Assembly: GCA_964247055.1 (NCBI GenBank)
Contig: OZ176056.1
Coordinates: forward strand, 6,386,001-6,450,000
Length of the DNA: 64,000 nt
Source of the DNA: Paragordius varius
Taxonomy: Eukaryota; Animalia; Nematomorpha
Direction: 5' to 3'
Shown: positions 1 through 14,830 of the stretch, one piece after another
Layout of the letters: each line of letters begins with the position of its first letter
Numbering within the stretch: the first letter of the stretch is position 1
Position numbers and translations under genes: made by a program
The notes under the pieces: generated by a model
Database searches by the model: none
What the model was told of the DNA's origin: nothing
What the model saw: only the letters and a program-made list of their open reading frames with translations

Positions 1-387
1 GAAAAAAAAACATTTTTAAAATTTGAATTTGCCCTAAATAATTTTTTATAATGAGCTTTTCTTCAATAAACAACGCCTATAAATTAATTAAATTTTCGGA
101 TTTAAGACCTTATCTTAATTTAATTATAATCGTAAAGCATAGCGCTTATATATGAAACGCTCATAATGAGCCAAAAAAAAATAAAAATATATTTTATTAT
201 TTTTTATAATTTATACATATGTGTAGATTTTAATTAATTATTATACATTTAAAATTTAATATTTTAAGTCAAAAAATCTTTTCAATACATTTTTTAAATA
301 AAAATCATGATGACCCATGTTTTGCACCCAAAATCAAAGTAGCGCATAAAAATCCAAAAAAAGTTTATAAAATTTTAAAAAACTTAC

Positions 388-1148
388 CTGGCATCAACAC
401 TCCGCGACTCCAAATAATTTGGTTCAATAAGATTAGCAAAAGCATTCAAAATTTCGGGTGGGCTTAAGGAACTAAATTTCGCCCGAAATACTAGGCGTTT
501 GCTAACATATGAAGCATTAGAATTGTAATAAGTACCGCTATTATTTCTGGAAAAAGTTAGATCAATATTATAAAAGCTATAAAGAAAGAATAGAACTTAA
601 CTTCAATATTAAAGGTTAATAAACACTTACCTACCGATTAAAATTCGTTTGGTGGTTAGAATCAAAAGCACCTCTGAAATTGGAATATATAATTTTGACG
701 GATTTATCATTAAAGAATCGTTTGACAATATCCAACACTTCAAAACAAATATTTTCGCCTTCTTTGTCACAATCCAACCATAAAACTAAATAATCAAGAC
801 CTCGGCCCTCATTTTCTGCAAGAGAACGTAGAAAAGCGGGAACGCGCATTTTAGCCATAGCATCTTTTCGTATGATTGTTGCTCTAAAAAGACACGCCTA
901 AGACATATAAAATATATTTATACAGGGTCTAAATGCTTGTGATTTGCTTCTTGATCGAAATCAATGCAATAAACGTGACCAAAAACAGATGTCATTTTGA
1001 AAACTACATTTTCGTTCTGGAAATACCCATTCCACACGTAAAGCGATTTACCAGTTAATTTAATTTCTCTGCACTGTCGGTTCGACAAAATTTCGGCTAT
1101 AGTTTTAGCCAAAGACGGTTTTTCTGCAACCATCAAAACTGTCTTCAT
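388..1148 (-). CDS. TOP3B: DNA topoisomerase III beta, 5' part. Exons 1148-924, 897-635, 546-388; the gene continues past the left edge.
   Basis: The spliced translation gives MKTVLMVAEKPSLAKTIAEILS...FKMTSVFGHV...DP|ACLF...YLVLWLDCDKEGENICFEV...VFRAKFSS...ESRSVDAR, which is the TOPRIM region and N-terminus typical of TOP3B. GT-AG introns of 26 nt (898-923) and 88 nt (547-634) keep the frame. Confidence 0.95.
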
Positions 1149-2159
1149 CTCGCATATGACAAATAATTTCCAAACTATGAAACGTTTTTTACTGTTACAA
1201 ATAAAAAATAAAATAAAAAAGTTAATTGCCATCGGTTAACCTAAATTCATTCCCATTAAATGAGTATTACGCTCATGGTTTTATATAACAATATTTTCTT
1301 TACAAAAATAACAAGAAATTAAACAAAACATTGGAAAATTTTAAAGTATAGTACGTTTCAATCAAATTTAGCTAGAAATTGATTTTTTTGAAAAATGTAT
1401 GGCTATATAAAATATTTTTAGTTGATACCAAAATCTTATATTTAATTATTTTATAGCGCAATGTAGGCAATTTTGCGATTTTAAGAAAACCAGCCCATTT
1501 TAAAATTTGCGATTTTTGGAGCATACATCTAAAAATTAAAAAAATTTAAAAATATCCTTTTGCTTTTTATATAATATGATATTGGTGATATATTTGGCAA
1601 TTCACAAAAGTATAAAAATATAAGCAAATGCCATTTTGTGATATGGAGCACTAAACACAAAATGTAATAACTTTCTTATATTACTCGCAAGAGCCAAAAA
1701 CAAAACTACTATGATATTAATTTTTCTATCAGAATCATTTCATCAGAATTTATATGGCCCATCCCCCGATATAGACTGTTATGAAACAATAATATAAACA
1801 TCACGTAAATTTAATTCGTAGTAAAAGTTAAAAAAACAACCAGTCATTTTGACAGCTCAATAACGGATAGCATTTTTTTAAATTTATCTGATATTTTATT
1901 AGAGCCCATTTAAAAAATATTAAGCATAAAATTTCTAAATAAATAGTTTTCGCGGGAAAATAGGGTTAACGGTCCGATTTTAAATAATTTTCATATTTGG
2001 CAACTTTTACAGTCATTAAGCCTATAAAAATAAATTTTTCCATAAAACAAGAAATAGTCTTAAGTTAACACTTCGATTTAAATTGAGGTATAAAAATACC
2101 CAAACAATATTTAAATTGATATGTTTGAAAAAATTACTGAAAGAAAAGGTTCCAATTAA

Positions 2160-2620
2160 AATTTATACTTCTGTCCTGATAAATATATTTAAGTTTTGGG
2201 AAAAAGGTTCTGCATCAAACTACTTGAACGCCATTTTTTTACAACATTTTTGCAAAATATTTGCTTATTTGATTCTAAGCCTAAAATTAAATTTACTTTT
2301 TAACGAAATCACATTTACATTGATATAAACAAAAAAGTGGTATATTTTGCATTACTTTTATATTTAGCTTAGGCGCACATCATGGCTGAATTTTTACCTT
2401 TGGGTTTTACTACTTAAGTAATATCGAGTATCTTTAAATGAATTTTTATTACATTTCGGTTTTATAATGTTAGATAAGTGCATACTTTTGCCATGGTTTT
2501 AATATATTCCATATTTTTTAAAATTAATTTTAACAAGCCTGAGCAACTACCCCAATTTGAATCGAAGGACTGAAGTGAATATGTTGTATCCAAGTTAACA
2601 AAATAGTAACGTTCGCGTTT
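2160..2620. repeat. Dispersed repeat, similar to about 10270-10770; a short piece recurs near 59400-59460
   Basis: Shared colinear blocks, e.g. aaaaggttctgcatcaaactacttgaacgccatttt versus aaaagttccatatcaaactacttcgacgccatttt, and atttttacctttggg. Boundaries are approximate. Confidence 0.65.
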
Positions 2621-5600
2621 TACTTATACCTTATTAAGTATTTGCTAAAAAATTTAAAGAACCAAAAAATATATTTTTCTTGTCAAGGCCCATAATACTA
2701 TAGGCTGTGACACATTTGCACTTATTTTTAATTATAGTAAGTACTTTGCGGCCATAAAAATCACATATAGGGCCGCTGTTTGTGTATCGCTGCCTTTACT
2801 GCAGGTAAAAAGTAAAAATATATTTTTCTGAAAAAGCTAAAACTTTATGGAAAAACAACTTTTTATTTATTAATATATATTATAATTTTTGGTATTTCGC
2901 AATATTGATTCTTAAAATAAAGAGTAATAAGCCATTAATTTATACAATGCCAATAAATATTAAAGCACAGAATGTTGAAATATTGGAAGCAATAGTTGCC
3001 AAGAACGGGATTTAATTTTAGCAAACATAATTACCAATAAAAATTAATTCCTATCAAATAATTTAATTTGTGTAATGAAGAAAAATTCCCAAATCAAACA
3101 TTTGTTTTTGAATTTTTTTCCTTTTTTCCATATATATAAATAATAATTTTATAAAACGATAGAGTTAGGGAAGTTACTAGGGCCATAATACTACATAAAT
3201 TAAAGTAATTTAGATCCAATTGGGATTGTATTTTTAAAAGTATACTTATATAAATATTTGAAACAAAACTAAATTATAAATAAAAATGATTAATTATCTT
3301 CTGTATCTTCATTCATTTGAACATAAGATTTGATATAAATAAAATGGATTTAATCCAAAATTAACGAAAATTTTCGACAAAATATAGAAAATGTGATATA
3401 ACCAATAGGTATAATATATTCTAAATATCATGTAAAATGTTCATTATGTTTGAATAAAATTAAATTATATTTTATCTGAGAAGCTTCTTTTAATTTTTAA
3501 AATAATAGTTGAATCTCTCAGGAACCATATTAAATGTTTTCCACAAGAATAAAATTCATATGCATCTATCTAAAATATTAGGATATAAAGGCTCCGTATT
3601 AGATCTAGAATGTGTTTTCTGCCGATGATGATATAATATTTAAATCGGAAATATATTCCGTAATATTCGTGTTTTAATTGGTTTTAGCTTTACTCAATTT
3701 AATAATAAATTATATAAAATATTTGTATTTTTGAAAGTTTGGAACATATGAGAATCCTATATTCTTGAAATTAATTGAAAATAGGATTTATTTACAAAAT
3801 TTGATGTTGTATAAAAAATTTATAAAGGCTTATTTCTCCATGTTTACAAAAGCAAATTTAAAGATTAGGGGTTAACAAGAGCCAATATTTTTAAGTGTTT
3901 AAAAACGGCTGAAATATAATTTATTTTTTTTATATGGCTACCGGAACCGGTTTAAAAATGGAACCAATCGACAATTGGTTACGAATCAGAACTTTTTCCT
4001 GTAAATAAAGCCTAGAAGGACTTAAACTATTTTAAAAGCAGCCCGTCTTAGTTTCGATTTTATATAGGTGAGTTTTAACTTTAAGATTCTCTCCAATATA
4101 TTTTTCTTTAAAAGAATGTCTTTCAAGCCCTTATGTCTTGTTTAAGTCAAGATTGATATAACGTTATTATATTCAATTTACAATACATCCTTAATATCGA
4201 ATTGATATGTCAATATGTATTATACGTTTTAACACGTGAAGGTTGATGTTCATTTATTATTTAGAGGCGCTAATATATTAAACTTAATGTGATTATTATC
4301 AATCTCTAAATTTACATATAATTTGTTATCCAATTGTCATTTGTGTGGATATAGTGGGATAAATTATGATATGAATAATTTATAATACTTTTAAGTACAT
4401 TGGCGGTACGGTTCGCGGCTAAGTGTACCTAAAGCATTGAATATTAATATAGAAATTGGCCTAAAGTAATACAATTAATTTTACATAATCTTAAGTTATA
4501 TAACTAGTGATGAGTTTATTCCGAACTCAAATAAAAGTTATTTTACATAGAATTAACATTTTGGTATAAACGATGGCTATAAATGGAAATGTAAAAAAAA
4601 TTGATTTTAATAGCCTAAAATCAAAGATTTATCATGCATTAACTATACGTTGGACTCATGCCTGCACCCTCCTTTTGTTGAAAAATAAGTATAAATTTAA
4701 ATTTTTTAAGTTTTATCAAACAGAAAATTTAAAAAAAAATGCATAATTAAATATTTAAACTCTTCAGAATACCTGGCAAAATATTGTATTAAAATGTTAT
4801 ACAATTAAATTTAAAAATTTTTATTAACGAACCATCGGATTAAAGTGAACTCTACACACAAATACTCGATTTTATTAAAAATTGTTATTTCATTTATTTA
4901 TACAGTAGATAAAAGTATATTAATATTCCACTTTTTTGATTTTTTTGCCATCGTTAATATAAGCTATAAAGAAATATATAAAAAACGAAAGCGATTTCCG
5001 TTAGCTAGAATATATGAGTAAAAAATTCCATTAAAATTTTTGTATAGGATAAGGTTTACAGAAAAGCTTAGGAACTACGCAAATGTAAACCAATATCACG
5101 CAACATGGGATTTAATAATGATTTTTAAATCATGTGTATATGACATAACTACATTATAATGATATCGGCCTTAAACGCTCTGTTTTCCATGAATCAAGAA
5201 TTTGCTCATAAATATAAATTGGATTTTACAAAGTATCCTCTTTTTACTAATGCATTTTTTATTGTTTTTGATGTTACAATAATTTTTTGTTTTTTTGAAT
5301 ATGTTGTATTAGTATTTATAATTGGTCAGTAATATGATCATTGTAATAAAAATGCATTCAAACTAATTAGGTGATATCCAATCAATCCTAATTCAAATTA
5401 TCGCTAGAAGTTGAGTTTGTTTTTAAGACTGAGGAAGAGATTCGATCCTACCTAACAAACTTAGAAGGGAAATGTGTAATTAACAGTTTTATTCTTAATA
5501 AAGAATAAATTTTATTAGTTTAATTAAATCGGTTTAGCAATAACCCTCTTTCAATACATTGTACAATCCAATATAAATGGTGTAAAAAATTACTTATATT

Positions 5601-6119
5601 TAATGAACATATGTTTGATAATCATATGTTACACCACATATACTGTTTATATTTATATTCATTTTACTTATTAAATATTAAATGTTTATTGGCTTTAAGC
5701 TAAAAAAATAATTGGTGACAAAAATTTCAAGATAACTTTTTTGATAATTAGATAATAACCGTAAAAAGCCATAAAATGCATAATTGGAATTTCTATCTAC
5801 ATGGTTTTAGAATTTACTGTCTCAAAAAATAGTAAATTATTTAACAAAAGAATCAAGAAGCTTAACATTCCATGACCTTTTGGGGGTGTTTATATCCCAG
5901 AGCGATTTGAAATTCTAAATGTTTGTAAGGTAATAAGCCGAAAAAAAATATGTTTTCTTTAGCCTTGTGGAATATTATTATCTAAAATTGTAAAAACCAC
6001 ATCTCAAATTTTTTCACCGTCATTTTTTTCTCTATTTTTTTTATAACATGCAACAGTCAAATAAAAGATTATGGTTAGACAATGTAAAAAAATTAAATTT
6101 AAAAAGCTTTTAGACTACA

Positions 6120-6310
6120 TTTTACCAGCCAAAAAATGATATGTTTTGATTTTAGCATCAGCTGTTCGTTTCAATCGTGTAGAGCTGTCCCTATTTTAGA
6201 CTCCAGTGGTCACAAAACAGTACAAAACATAAGCTTTTTGATTTAATACATGAGAACAATGTTTGTTTATTTAATTTTAACTAAAACAACTTTTAAAACA
6301 GTAATTTATT
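6120..6310. repeat. Dispersed repeat, similar to about 41725-41930; an inverted fragment lies near 47560-47590
   Basis: Shared blocks tagagctgtcc(c/a)attttaga and taatacatgaga(a/c)aatgtttg...ttttaactaaaa. Boundaries are approximate. Confidence 0.6.
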
Positions 6311-7976
6311 TACGAAATTGATTTCTGAGATTTTAAAATACCCCTTGTAAACTAGAAAAGTGAAAAGGTCATGAAGTGTTAAATGTAATTTTAATAAAAG
6401 TTTGATTGAATTGTATATGTAAATTTTTGAATAAGATATCATAATAAAAAAGATTGCAAATATAGGTGCGCCTAAGTATTTTTATTTTAGTAAATCTCCT
6501 TTAGTTCAATCTATTTATTTTAGAAAAATTTTCATTGATACAAGTTTTTTACCCCCAAGGAAGAAATTTTGAAAATATTAATTCAACAAAAATAATAATT
6601 AAAATGGTATTATAGAGTTCAATCAAATAGATTAAATTATCGTTTAAAATTATTTAACTATTTGTTTGCCGCAAATTAAATACATATTACTTTTCATTTT
6701 AATTAAATTCTAATTATTTTTATAAAAACTAAAAGCCGAAAAATGGTCACAAGGATTTTCAAAAACATAATTGTCAACTGTGAAAAGTGATGTAGTAAAA
6801 TTTAATTATCCATAAGTAATATAATAATTTGTGTGTACATTAAGGCTACCATACCACAAAAAGCTTACAAAATTGAAGATATTATATATAAATATTATGT
6901 TTAAGACCTATTTTTAATTTTAAATTACATCTGTGTTTAAGGTCATGAAAATATAATTATTTTCACGTATGAATTAACAATATTTTAAACGCCAAATTTT
7001 AAATTTGTCTCCCCCAAATCCATTAAAGATGGTAAAACACTTTTAAATGTTGGTTATTTAATTAGTTGAAAAAATTAAACAATATGTGCTATTTGTTTAA
7101 AAATCTCAATTGTTTATGAATATTATTATTCAATTTTAGTATTAAATAATTAATTTTCGGGCTATTTTAAATTGGAACCTATCTATTTATATATTTTATG
7201 ATTTGGGCCAAAACATAAGAAAAATACAAAATTATTGATAATTTTTTGGCAATTATTTTACAATATAAAAGTCCATTTACCTTTGTTGCTTGAGCTCAAA
7301 AAACATGCAAAAATACACAAAAATTGAATAGGTAGATCATAACAGAAGTAGGTATTTAACTTTATTTGTATCGATTTAGATATAAGTTGGGGAGATTGGT
7401 AGAATAAATTATACCTTTTACTTTTTTGCATGTAATTGCGCATAAAACATTTATAGTATTTTTTTTCGCCAAGGAAACGAAATAATTCTTGAGTTAGATG
7501 CTGCACTCAGGTAAAAATAATTTAGGAACTCCTGTGGCTTCTTAGCCATTTATAGAAAAGTTAGTTAAGAATTTTGTGTGGAAAAAGTAATAAACCATTT
7601 TTTTTGTCTTTCGTTTTGTTGATATATTTTTTCATTTATCTTATCCTATCCTAAAAAAGAAAAAACCACACGCACACAAAATAAAATTTGTAAAAACGTT
7701 TAACTTTATTTTGACCATCTCATTTTTTCTCATTAAAAAAAATTATGTTTATATTTATCTCTTTGTCCATGTTTGGTTTTTTTACATTTATTGAAAATTT
7801 AAATTTTTTTAAAAAATTGTTCACTTAGGCAGATTATTTAATTTCCTTTTGACAGTAAGAATCGATATTTTACCATTTAATTAAAATGTCAAACTAAATT
7901 TGAATAAACAAAAAAAATTAACCACCTTACGATATCATTAAATTAACTTTTTATATTCGAACATTTTTTTATAAAT

Positions 7977-8426
7977 ATGAAGGATGAAAAAGAGATCTCT
8001 GAAATTCCAATACTAAATTCCTCACTAGTGCAAGAATCGAAATTCGCTTTGATTAAAACAGAGGAAAATCCCGAAGTTAGGGATTATGATGGCAACGATG
8101 ATTATAAAATGGAAGGTAAAAAGCAAACAAAAAGTAACGTTTCTGGACCAAACAAAAATATTTTATGGCTAAAATCCCATAAAAATCGAATGAACAAATT
8201 CAAAAATCTGCCCTACATAAAGTTGAATCCAATGAAAAAAAGGAACATAATAATAAAAAGTGATATGATTCCAACAAGCACAAACGCAGATAAAGAAATT
8301 ACAAATGTAAATTTGCCCTCAGGTCAAACACATGATGATTTGCCCAAAAATGTACACCCATCTGAAAATATTTTGATTTCATCCAAATTAGGAAGAAAAA
8401 ATAGAAAATTTGTAAATCCCAAATCG
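7977..8426 (+). CDS. Orphan low-complexity K/N-rich coding exon of about 150 codons; first exon of an unidentified gene or an alternative first exon of the EAAT
   Basis: A 170-codon ATG ORF in very AT-rich DNA, hydrophilic and protein-like up to ...VNPKS. A GT donor follows at 8427 and the reading then turns intron-like. No homology recognised. Confidence 0.45.
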
Positions 8427-10269
8427 GTATTTCGTATGTTAATTTTATTTTATTATACCGTGGGTTGTTATCAAAATTATTTTAATTAATTATAAATTTG
8501 AGGTGAATAAGCTTCACTGAATTATATAGAAAAGCTGTTTTATAACATCTTAAGTGCTTAATTCATGCTTCAAAATACCATGAAATAAACTTCAAAAATA
8601 TTTTTCTAAAATTTAAATTTTTTTAGCATGTACATTTTTTAAAAAGAACTTAATTTGATCACTTAATTAAGCATGTATCTAAAAATTTTCACTTAATCTC
8701 GGCCAGTTTGCGTTTAGTGAACCAAAAATTTGAGACTTACAGCATCTTCATTAAAAAAGTAGTATTTCTTTTCAAATATAATTTGTTTTTTTTCATCAAA
8801 AAAAATTGATTTAGAATATGGGATTTGCGATTTTTGAAATAAAGTATGCCAAAAAAAGTATAAATACCTTTCCCTAATGACTCTTAAGCCCCTAAACCAA
8901 AGGACCATGAGAATTATAAATTCAATTATTAACATTTATATTATTATGTTATATTTTTCACAATGCGCGTTACTGTATAAATTATTCATAGACACGTTAT
9001 TTCGCATATGTGGTGACAATTTTTTTATCATTTTTGTTTTTACAAAGGTAAATGCATTCGTATCTAATATATTTATAAAAATGTAAAATGTGAGAGGGCG
9101 CCGGACTCTAACATATTATTCCTCTCAAAATACTATTTGCAAAAAATAGTAACCAATATTTTCAACTCAAAAGCATATAACTATTTAGGGTTAAGATTAT
9201 AACCAAGCGCTTTTGTAAAATTAGCTATTGTGGAAAGCCCTAACCGAAGTAAAATATGCCTCCGAAAAAACGTATAAAATGCCATTCATAAATCTATTCC
9301 CATAGTTTTCTTTATTAATTGCAGGCGTACTTTTTGATATCAGCTCCTTAACCCTTTCCCGGTTTATATTTTTATTCGATCATAAGTACAAAAAAATGTT
9401 TCTCCCATTATTGGTTAAAGCGCAACCATGATATTTCAATATATCGTCTTTTTTAAAATCAATATTTTAAATGCCATATTTCGTCACTACACCTATCTGC
9501 CTGCAATTTGTAAATATGTACAACGTTGATCTTAAAGCGATTTTCCAAATATCTTGTAGTGAATTTACTATGAAATTTATATATAATTGGAGATTGCTTG
9601 TTTTTATTACGGGAGAAAGGGTCGTTTAAATCCAACACTTTACATTTTGAAGTACGTATTTAGATTCATAAAACCGATCACCAAATTAGACAATGCACCA
9701 AAAATTAAGGCGATTTAAAATATAGGCGCTTTTTGTAAAATAGAAAGCAAATTTTAATTTTTTGAGTTTAAATCAATTAAATAATATTTCAAAGCCAAAT
9801 TAGTTAATTGAAAAAATGTAGCCTTGGTTTTTCAGTCAACAGTGAAATGACATGTGCTTATAGTTTTTTTGTCTTAAAATTTATGGACATCCATTTTTTT
9901 AATCAAATTATTATTTATTATTATAGTTTACTTTGTAAGGGAGGATTATTTTGCGAAAAAAACGACAAACAAGGCACTACTTTGCCTTTGAAAAATTTTT
10001 AGATTAACAAAAAATATGGTTTTACTGCATATATATTATCAAAGGCGCTTTAATCTAATCATTTTCAGTTAATTAAATTCGGTAAACTAGCTTATGATTT
10101 TTTTGGCTAAACTATATAAGTTTTAAGCTTTATTTGGTTGAATGTGGATGGAAATTTTAAAAAAAAAATTTTCGAATAATGTTTATCACTTCGATGATTC
10201 AAATTGGGGTATCTGAATACCCCAATATTTAAATTGATATTTATAATAAACTACTTAAAGAAACGGTTA

Positions 10270-10770
10270 TTATTTACAGTATGAGTAAGTTATTGCTGGA
10301 AAGTTTTTAATTATTGCCAAATAGCATATGCAGCAAAGAGAATTTTATTGACTTTAGAAAAGTTCCATATCAAACTACTTCGACGCCATTTTTATAGAAC
10401 AAAACTTTCCCAAATATTCGTGTTTATTAAAATTTGAAGTTAAAATTGTGATAACATTTTATTTTAATCACATTTAACATTCATAGATACATGAAAAATG
10501 GTTTAGTATTATTTTTAAATTTAGTTAATGCAAACATGTCATGTTGACATTTTTACCTTTGGATTATACCTTAAAAATAAGTATTAAGTATTTTTAAATG
10601 ATTGATTTTTTATTTCGGTTAATTGATATAATATAAATGGAAACTTTTGCCATAGTTTCAATTCCTTCCATATTTTTTAAATGTATTTTACTTTAAACCG
10701 CCCTAGGATATACAACGACCCCGTGAATCAAAAAACTGAAATGAATTTGTTGCATCCAAGTCTTAATCTG
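10270..10770. repeat. Dispersed repeat, second copy of the 2160-2620 family
   Basis: Colinear similarity to 2160-2620, read by eye. Confidence 0.6.
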
Positions 10771-12198
10771 ACTATTAAAAACATTTTTACCGTTTAATAT
10801 TTTTTATTTTTTTTTTCTTTTTATGTGTTTAATTTTTTATTTCTATATATAAATGCCCCTTTTCTTTGATTATCTTTTTTTTATCTAAATCATAAATACC
10901 CCTAATATTTTTTTGTGATAATTAAATTTGACCGAAACAGGATCCGTAGATACCATATCGAAACTAGAAGCATCTATAAATATTTTAACTTTCTCCGCAT
11001 ATGTTTGTACTCTCGTAAATTTTTAAGGAAGGTAGCTAAATAAAAAAACACATATTTTTTGCTTGGTTAACTTCCATTAGTAGATTCAGTTTAATATTCA
11101 TATGAGAAGCATTTTCTCGAGGAAAATATCATGATTGCAAAGATTAAAGTCAGGAGACGAGATCGACGAAATAGGATACAATAAAGGAATAAAAGTTAAA
11201 TTTAAGGTAAAGATATAAAGGTCAACAGCGCAATATCATATGCAAAAAAATTTACGAAAGATCAAACAACCATATAATTTAATAACAATATCTATAATAT
11301 AGTAATATAATGTGTAATAGGTTTTAGAAATATTCATAGTTCCAGTTAACTCTTGATTATTATATATTACCCTTATCCTTTACGATTTCTTTCAAATATT
11401 TCTTGTGGAATCATGATATGAATTCAGATGTATGTGATTTGAACTGTATGAATCCCAATGAAAAAAAAACAGGAAACAGATAAGTATCTGATCAAAAATT
11501 AATTATAATTAATTTTTGAGTTCAGAACCGAATCAAAGGGATATCAATACTGGAAAATAAATATATCATTCGATCGCGCTCAAAATTTTTAGCAATTAAA
11601 AAAGCATTTTATTTAGGGCCATAAAAAAGCACTATTAGAGCTGCGGTTTGACTATGCTGCATTACGGTATTAAATTTACGTCTCTTTATTATAAAAGTAT
11701 TAAATATTTATAAAAACTAACTCGTATATAAAAATTGATGTTTAAAATAGAGATATTTAATTTACAGATTTATGTGTGTTTTAATAGCAATTATATTTAA
11801 TAAGGAAACTTAGGTAAGCACTTTTAAAAAATTATGCGGTTTTAAATACAAACACTTCTAAAAAATTACAAAACCCAAAAGCCCAAATAAAACATTAAAT
11901 GGTTAAGTTTTTATGAATGCACAATATTCGGATATAGCGATTAAAAAAGATGCGGATTGTCAATTTTCTAAATTTAAAGTTATTTTTTTAATAAAATTGT
12001 CTTTCTATTTTTCTATATTTTCAGTGATTATTAATCTAACCAAAAACAGAGCTGTCATATGAAATTTTCTATAAAAACAATTTTTGACGTTTTTAAACTT
12101 GTCACTTCACGGAGCTACAAACTTCCTAACCGATTAAAAAGTTTGGCACGGTGAAATGTAATAAGGGTTATGGTTTGGATTACAAAGTCAATGTGACA

Positions 12199-13395
12199 TA
12201 TACACTGTTTGCAATATCTTATGACCTACGTATTCATTTGCCGCAATTTTATTTGTTAACAACCTAGTTTTTGAAATATAGAGAGAAAATCGATATCGAG
12301 CAAAAAGTGAAAATTAAGGATAATTAAGGATAATTCAAAAATAATGATAAAATTTGAGATATTATGGTTTATTACCATTTTATAAATAGCCTAAAATCAT
12401 ATAGTTACGGTTTCTCTAAAATTTCAGCTCAAAAGATTGCGTTTTTCTTTTATCACACTTAAAAGACAAAAAAATTCAATAAAACTATATCAAAATAACT
12501 TTTTTTTAATTACTTACTACCTAAACTCACTATTAAAATCTTAACATTCATATTTTATTCAGTAAAATAAACTTCTAAATCAAAATAAAACCAAAAATAT
12601 TGTTTTTTATTTTTCATTTTTTTGTCATCTGGTTTATGAGTATGTAAAAAAATTTTATTGTCTTATTTTGGATTCTTACATGATTAGGAATTATTAAGTT
12701 TATAATTTATGCAAAATAGGATTTAAAAGTAGTGGAATATCAACCAATAATCCTTACAATTTCCTGTAACAAGTCTGTTTTATGACAAATTAATATTTGT
12801 ATTAGGATTTGTACGGATTTTTGGTTGATATTTAATATCCTATTTTACATAAATTATATACTTAATAATTCCCACTCATGTAAGATTCCAAAATAAAACA
12901 GTATATATTTTTTATACACCCATAAACCAGATGACAAAAAAATGCAAAAATAAAAACAATATTTTTAATTTTTATTTTGATATATAAGTTTTTTACTAAA
13001 TAAAATATGAATGTTAAGATTTTATTTGTGTGTTTAAGTAGTAAATAATTGAAAAAATTATTATAGTTTCATTAAAATTCTTTTCTTTTAAGTGTGTTAA
13101 AAGAAAAACGCCATTTTTTGCGCTGAAATTTTATAGAGATCCTATATGATTTTAGGCTATTTTTATATCAAAAATATCTCATAAAATGATAATAAGCCAA
13201 AATTTAATATTAATTTTTGAATTATTCTTAATTTTCGCTTTTTGCCCGATTTCGATTTTCTCTTAATATTTCAAAAACTAGGTCGTCCAACAAATAACAA
13301 TTTTTGCGGCTAATGAATTCACTGGTCATAAGCTATCTCATGAAAAATAATTATTTGTTAAAAAAAATTAACCCTCTTTTTTGCACACAGTGATA
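12199..13395. mobile_element. Non-autonomous hairpin (foldback/MITE-like) DNA transposon with arms of about 570 bp and Tc1-like CACTG...CAGTG ends
   Basis: The left arm (about 12201-12766) is the reverse complement of the right arm (about 12812-13395); for example aacctagtttttgaaatatagagagaaaatcgatatcgagcaaaaag pairs with 13240-13285. Ends read TA-CACTG and CAGTG-ATA. A fragment of the family lies at about 41220-41340. Confidence 0.75.
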
Positions 13396-13959
13396 TATGA
13401 GTATGGAATATGTATCTTTTAAGGTTTTTTAAATAATACTTGTTTATGCTGCTAAAAAATTGTAATAAATTTAAAAATTATAATTCCGCGACTAATCAAT
13501 TGTGTCTTCCTTTCTTAAATCCCTCATTTCTTCTTCTTGTTTTTATCGTAAATTTACTCTCTAAACTTACTAGCCCAATTCCCCTTTTAATATTCGCAAT
13601 TTGTCTTAAATCATATCGATCCTTCAATTTTACGGCATCTAAAATAGGAAAAATATACTTATAAATTGTTACTCCATATTTGCCCAACTCTAAAGCATTA
13701 TCGGATTGTTCTAAATGCTAGGCGAATCTTTATGTATGTTTTAACATAGAGTCCATTCCATAAATATATCTCCATAATAATATAATAATAAACTGCTAAT
13801 TGTAAGAAATTAAAACGAATTATAATGAAGGTCTTTATCGATAAGAATGTAAAAACAGGATTTTCTCAATTAAGTACTAAATAGATTTTGAAGAATAACA
13901 GAGTCATATATTTTTGCCGCTTTTTAGTAAAAACTTGTTATTTTGAAAGGTATCAATTT

Positions 13960-14830
13960 TTTAATTTACATAACTTTATCGGCTCTTAAACATTTCGCCC
14001 ATTTGTCAGGTAATAAATGAATGGATGTATTGGTCTGCAAGGATGTGCCCAATAGATGCGAAGACGTATTAGTCGGATGGCGCCAGGTCAGGAGAGTTCA
14101 GCGGATGCAAAAGAATTGCACATCGAAGAAATTTTAAGATGTTTTTCCTGGTTTTGCTGTGTGAGACGGAGAATTATATGTAGCGAAATTATTTTTCCAT
14201 GTCTTTTGGCTTATTTCCGTCCTTTTTTATTCAATCAATACATGATTTAAATTAATCATTTGTTGGCGATAACGTTGTGTATTAACGGTTTCGCTCTGGG
14301 TTTCAAAATTTCATAATACACAATACCGTTCTAGTCCGATCAAATACAAAGCGCGATCTTTTCTCCAAAGCAATTTGGCCTTGTTGATGGGCCAGCAAGG
14401 CAAGATAAAAGCCCCTAATTTCCGCTTTGGGGAAGCTAAATGCAGTCAGTTGTCATAACTCATCACAATTCAAAGTAAAAATGATTTCCTTTCATGACGT
14501 TGATAGATTTCACTAGTCGTTTTGCGTTCCATCTCAGGTTTATTAAATTTGAATGGGGTAATTTACTGTTTCTAAGTTGTCTACAAGAGACCCCAATGTT
14601 TCACATGATTTGATTGATAGAACAGTTGACCATATCTGCCACAAACGATGATCTACAATACCTTTTCTCATGATGCAATAAGAAAAACAATGCATGCCGC
14701 ATATGTTCGTTTCTACGCATGAAATTCGACGTGTTTTTAAAAATAAAATGCTACCTTTTGGCGTATTCAAATTGTGTGGTGTTTATAGTTTAAGTCAGAT
14801 GAACGAAATGGGGTCTGAAAAAATTGATGG
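13960..14830 (-). mobile_element. Degenerate mariner-family transposase relic
   Basis: Broken frames give (T)SNFMRRNEHMRHALFF, QRHERKSFL, IALCI*SD*NGIVYYEILKP, TVNTQRYRQQMINLN and HPLNSPDLAPSD*YVF, the last matching the mariner YSPDLAPSD motif. Many stops and frameshifts. Confidence 0.85.

Noticed and set aside
2083-10002. Short F/I/K/L-rich ORFs (2083, 7258, 8714, 8877, 9808)
   Set aside because: Their composition is what random AT-rich DNA produces, and at least one (2083) lies in a dispersed repeat.
13440-13740. Minus-strand ORF ...YKYIFPIL...GIGLVSLESK as a LINE tail or gene
   Set aside because: The resemblance to post-RT LINE sequence is too weak to call, and there is no splice context.
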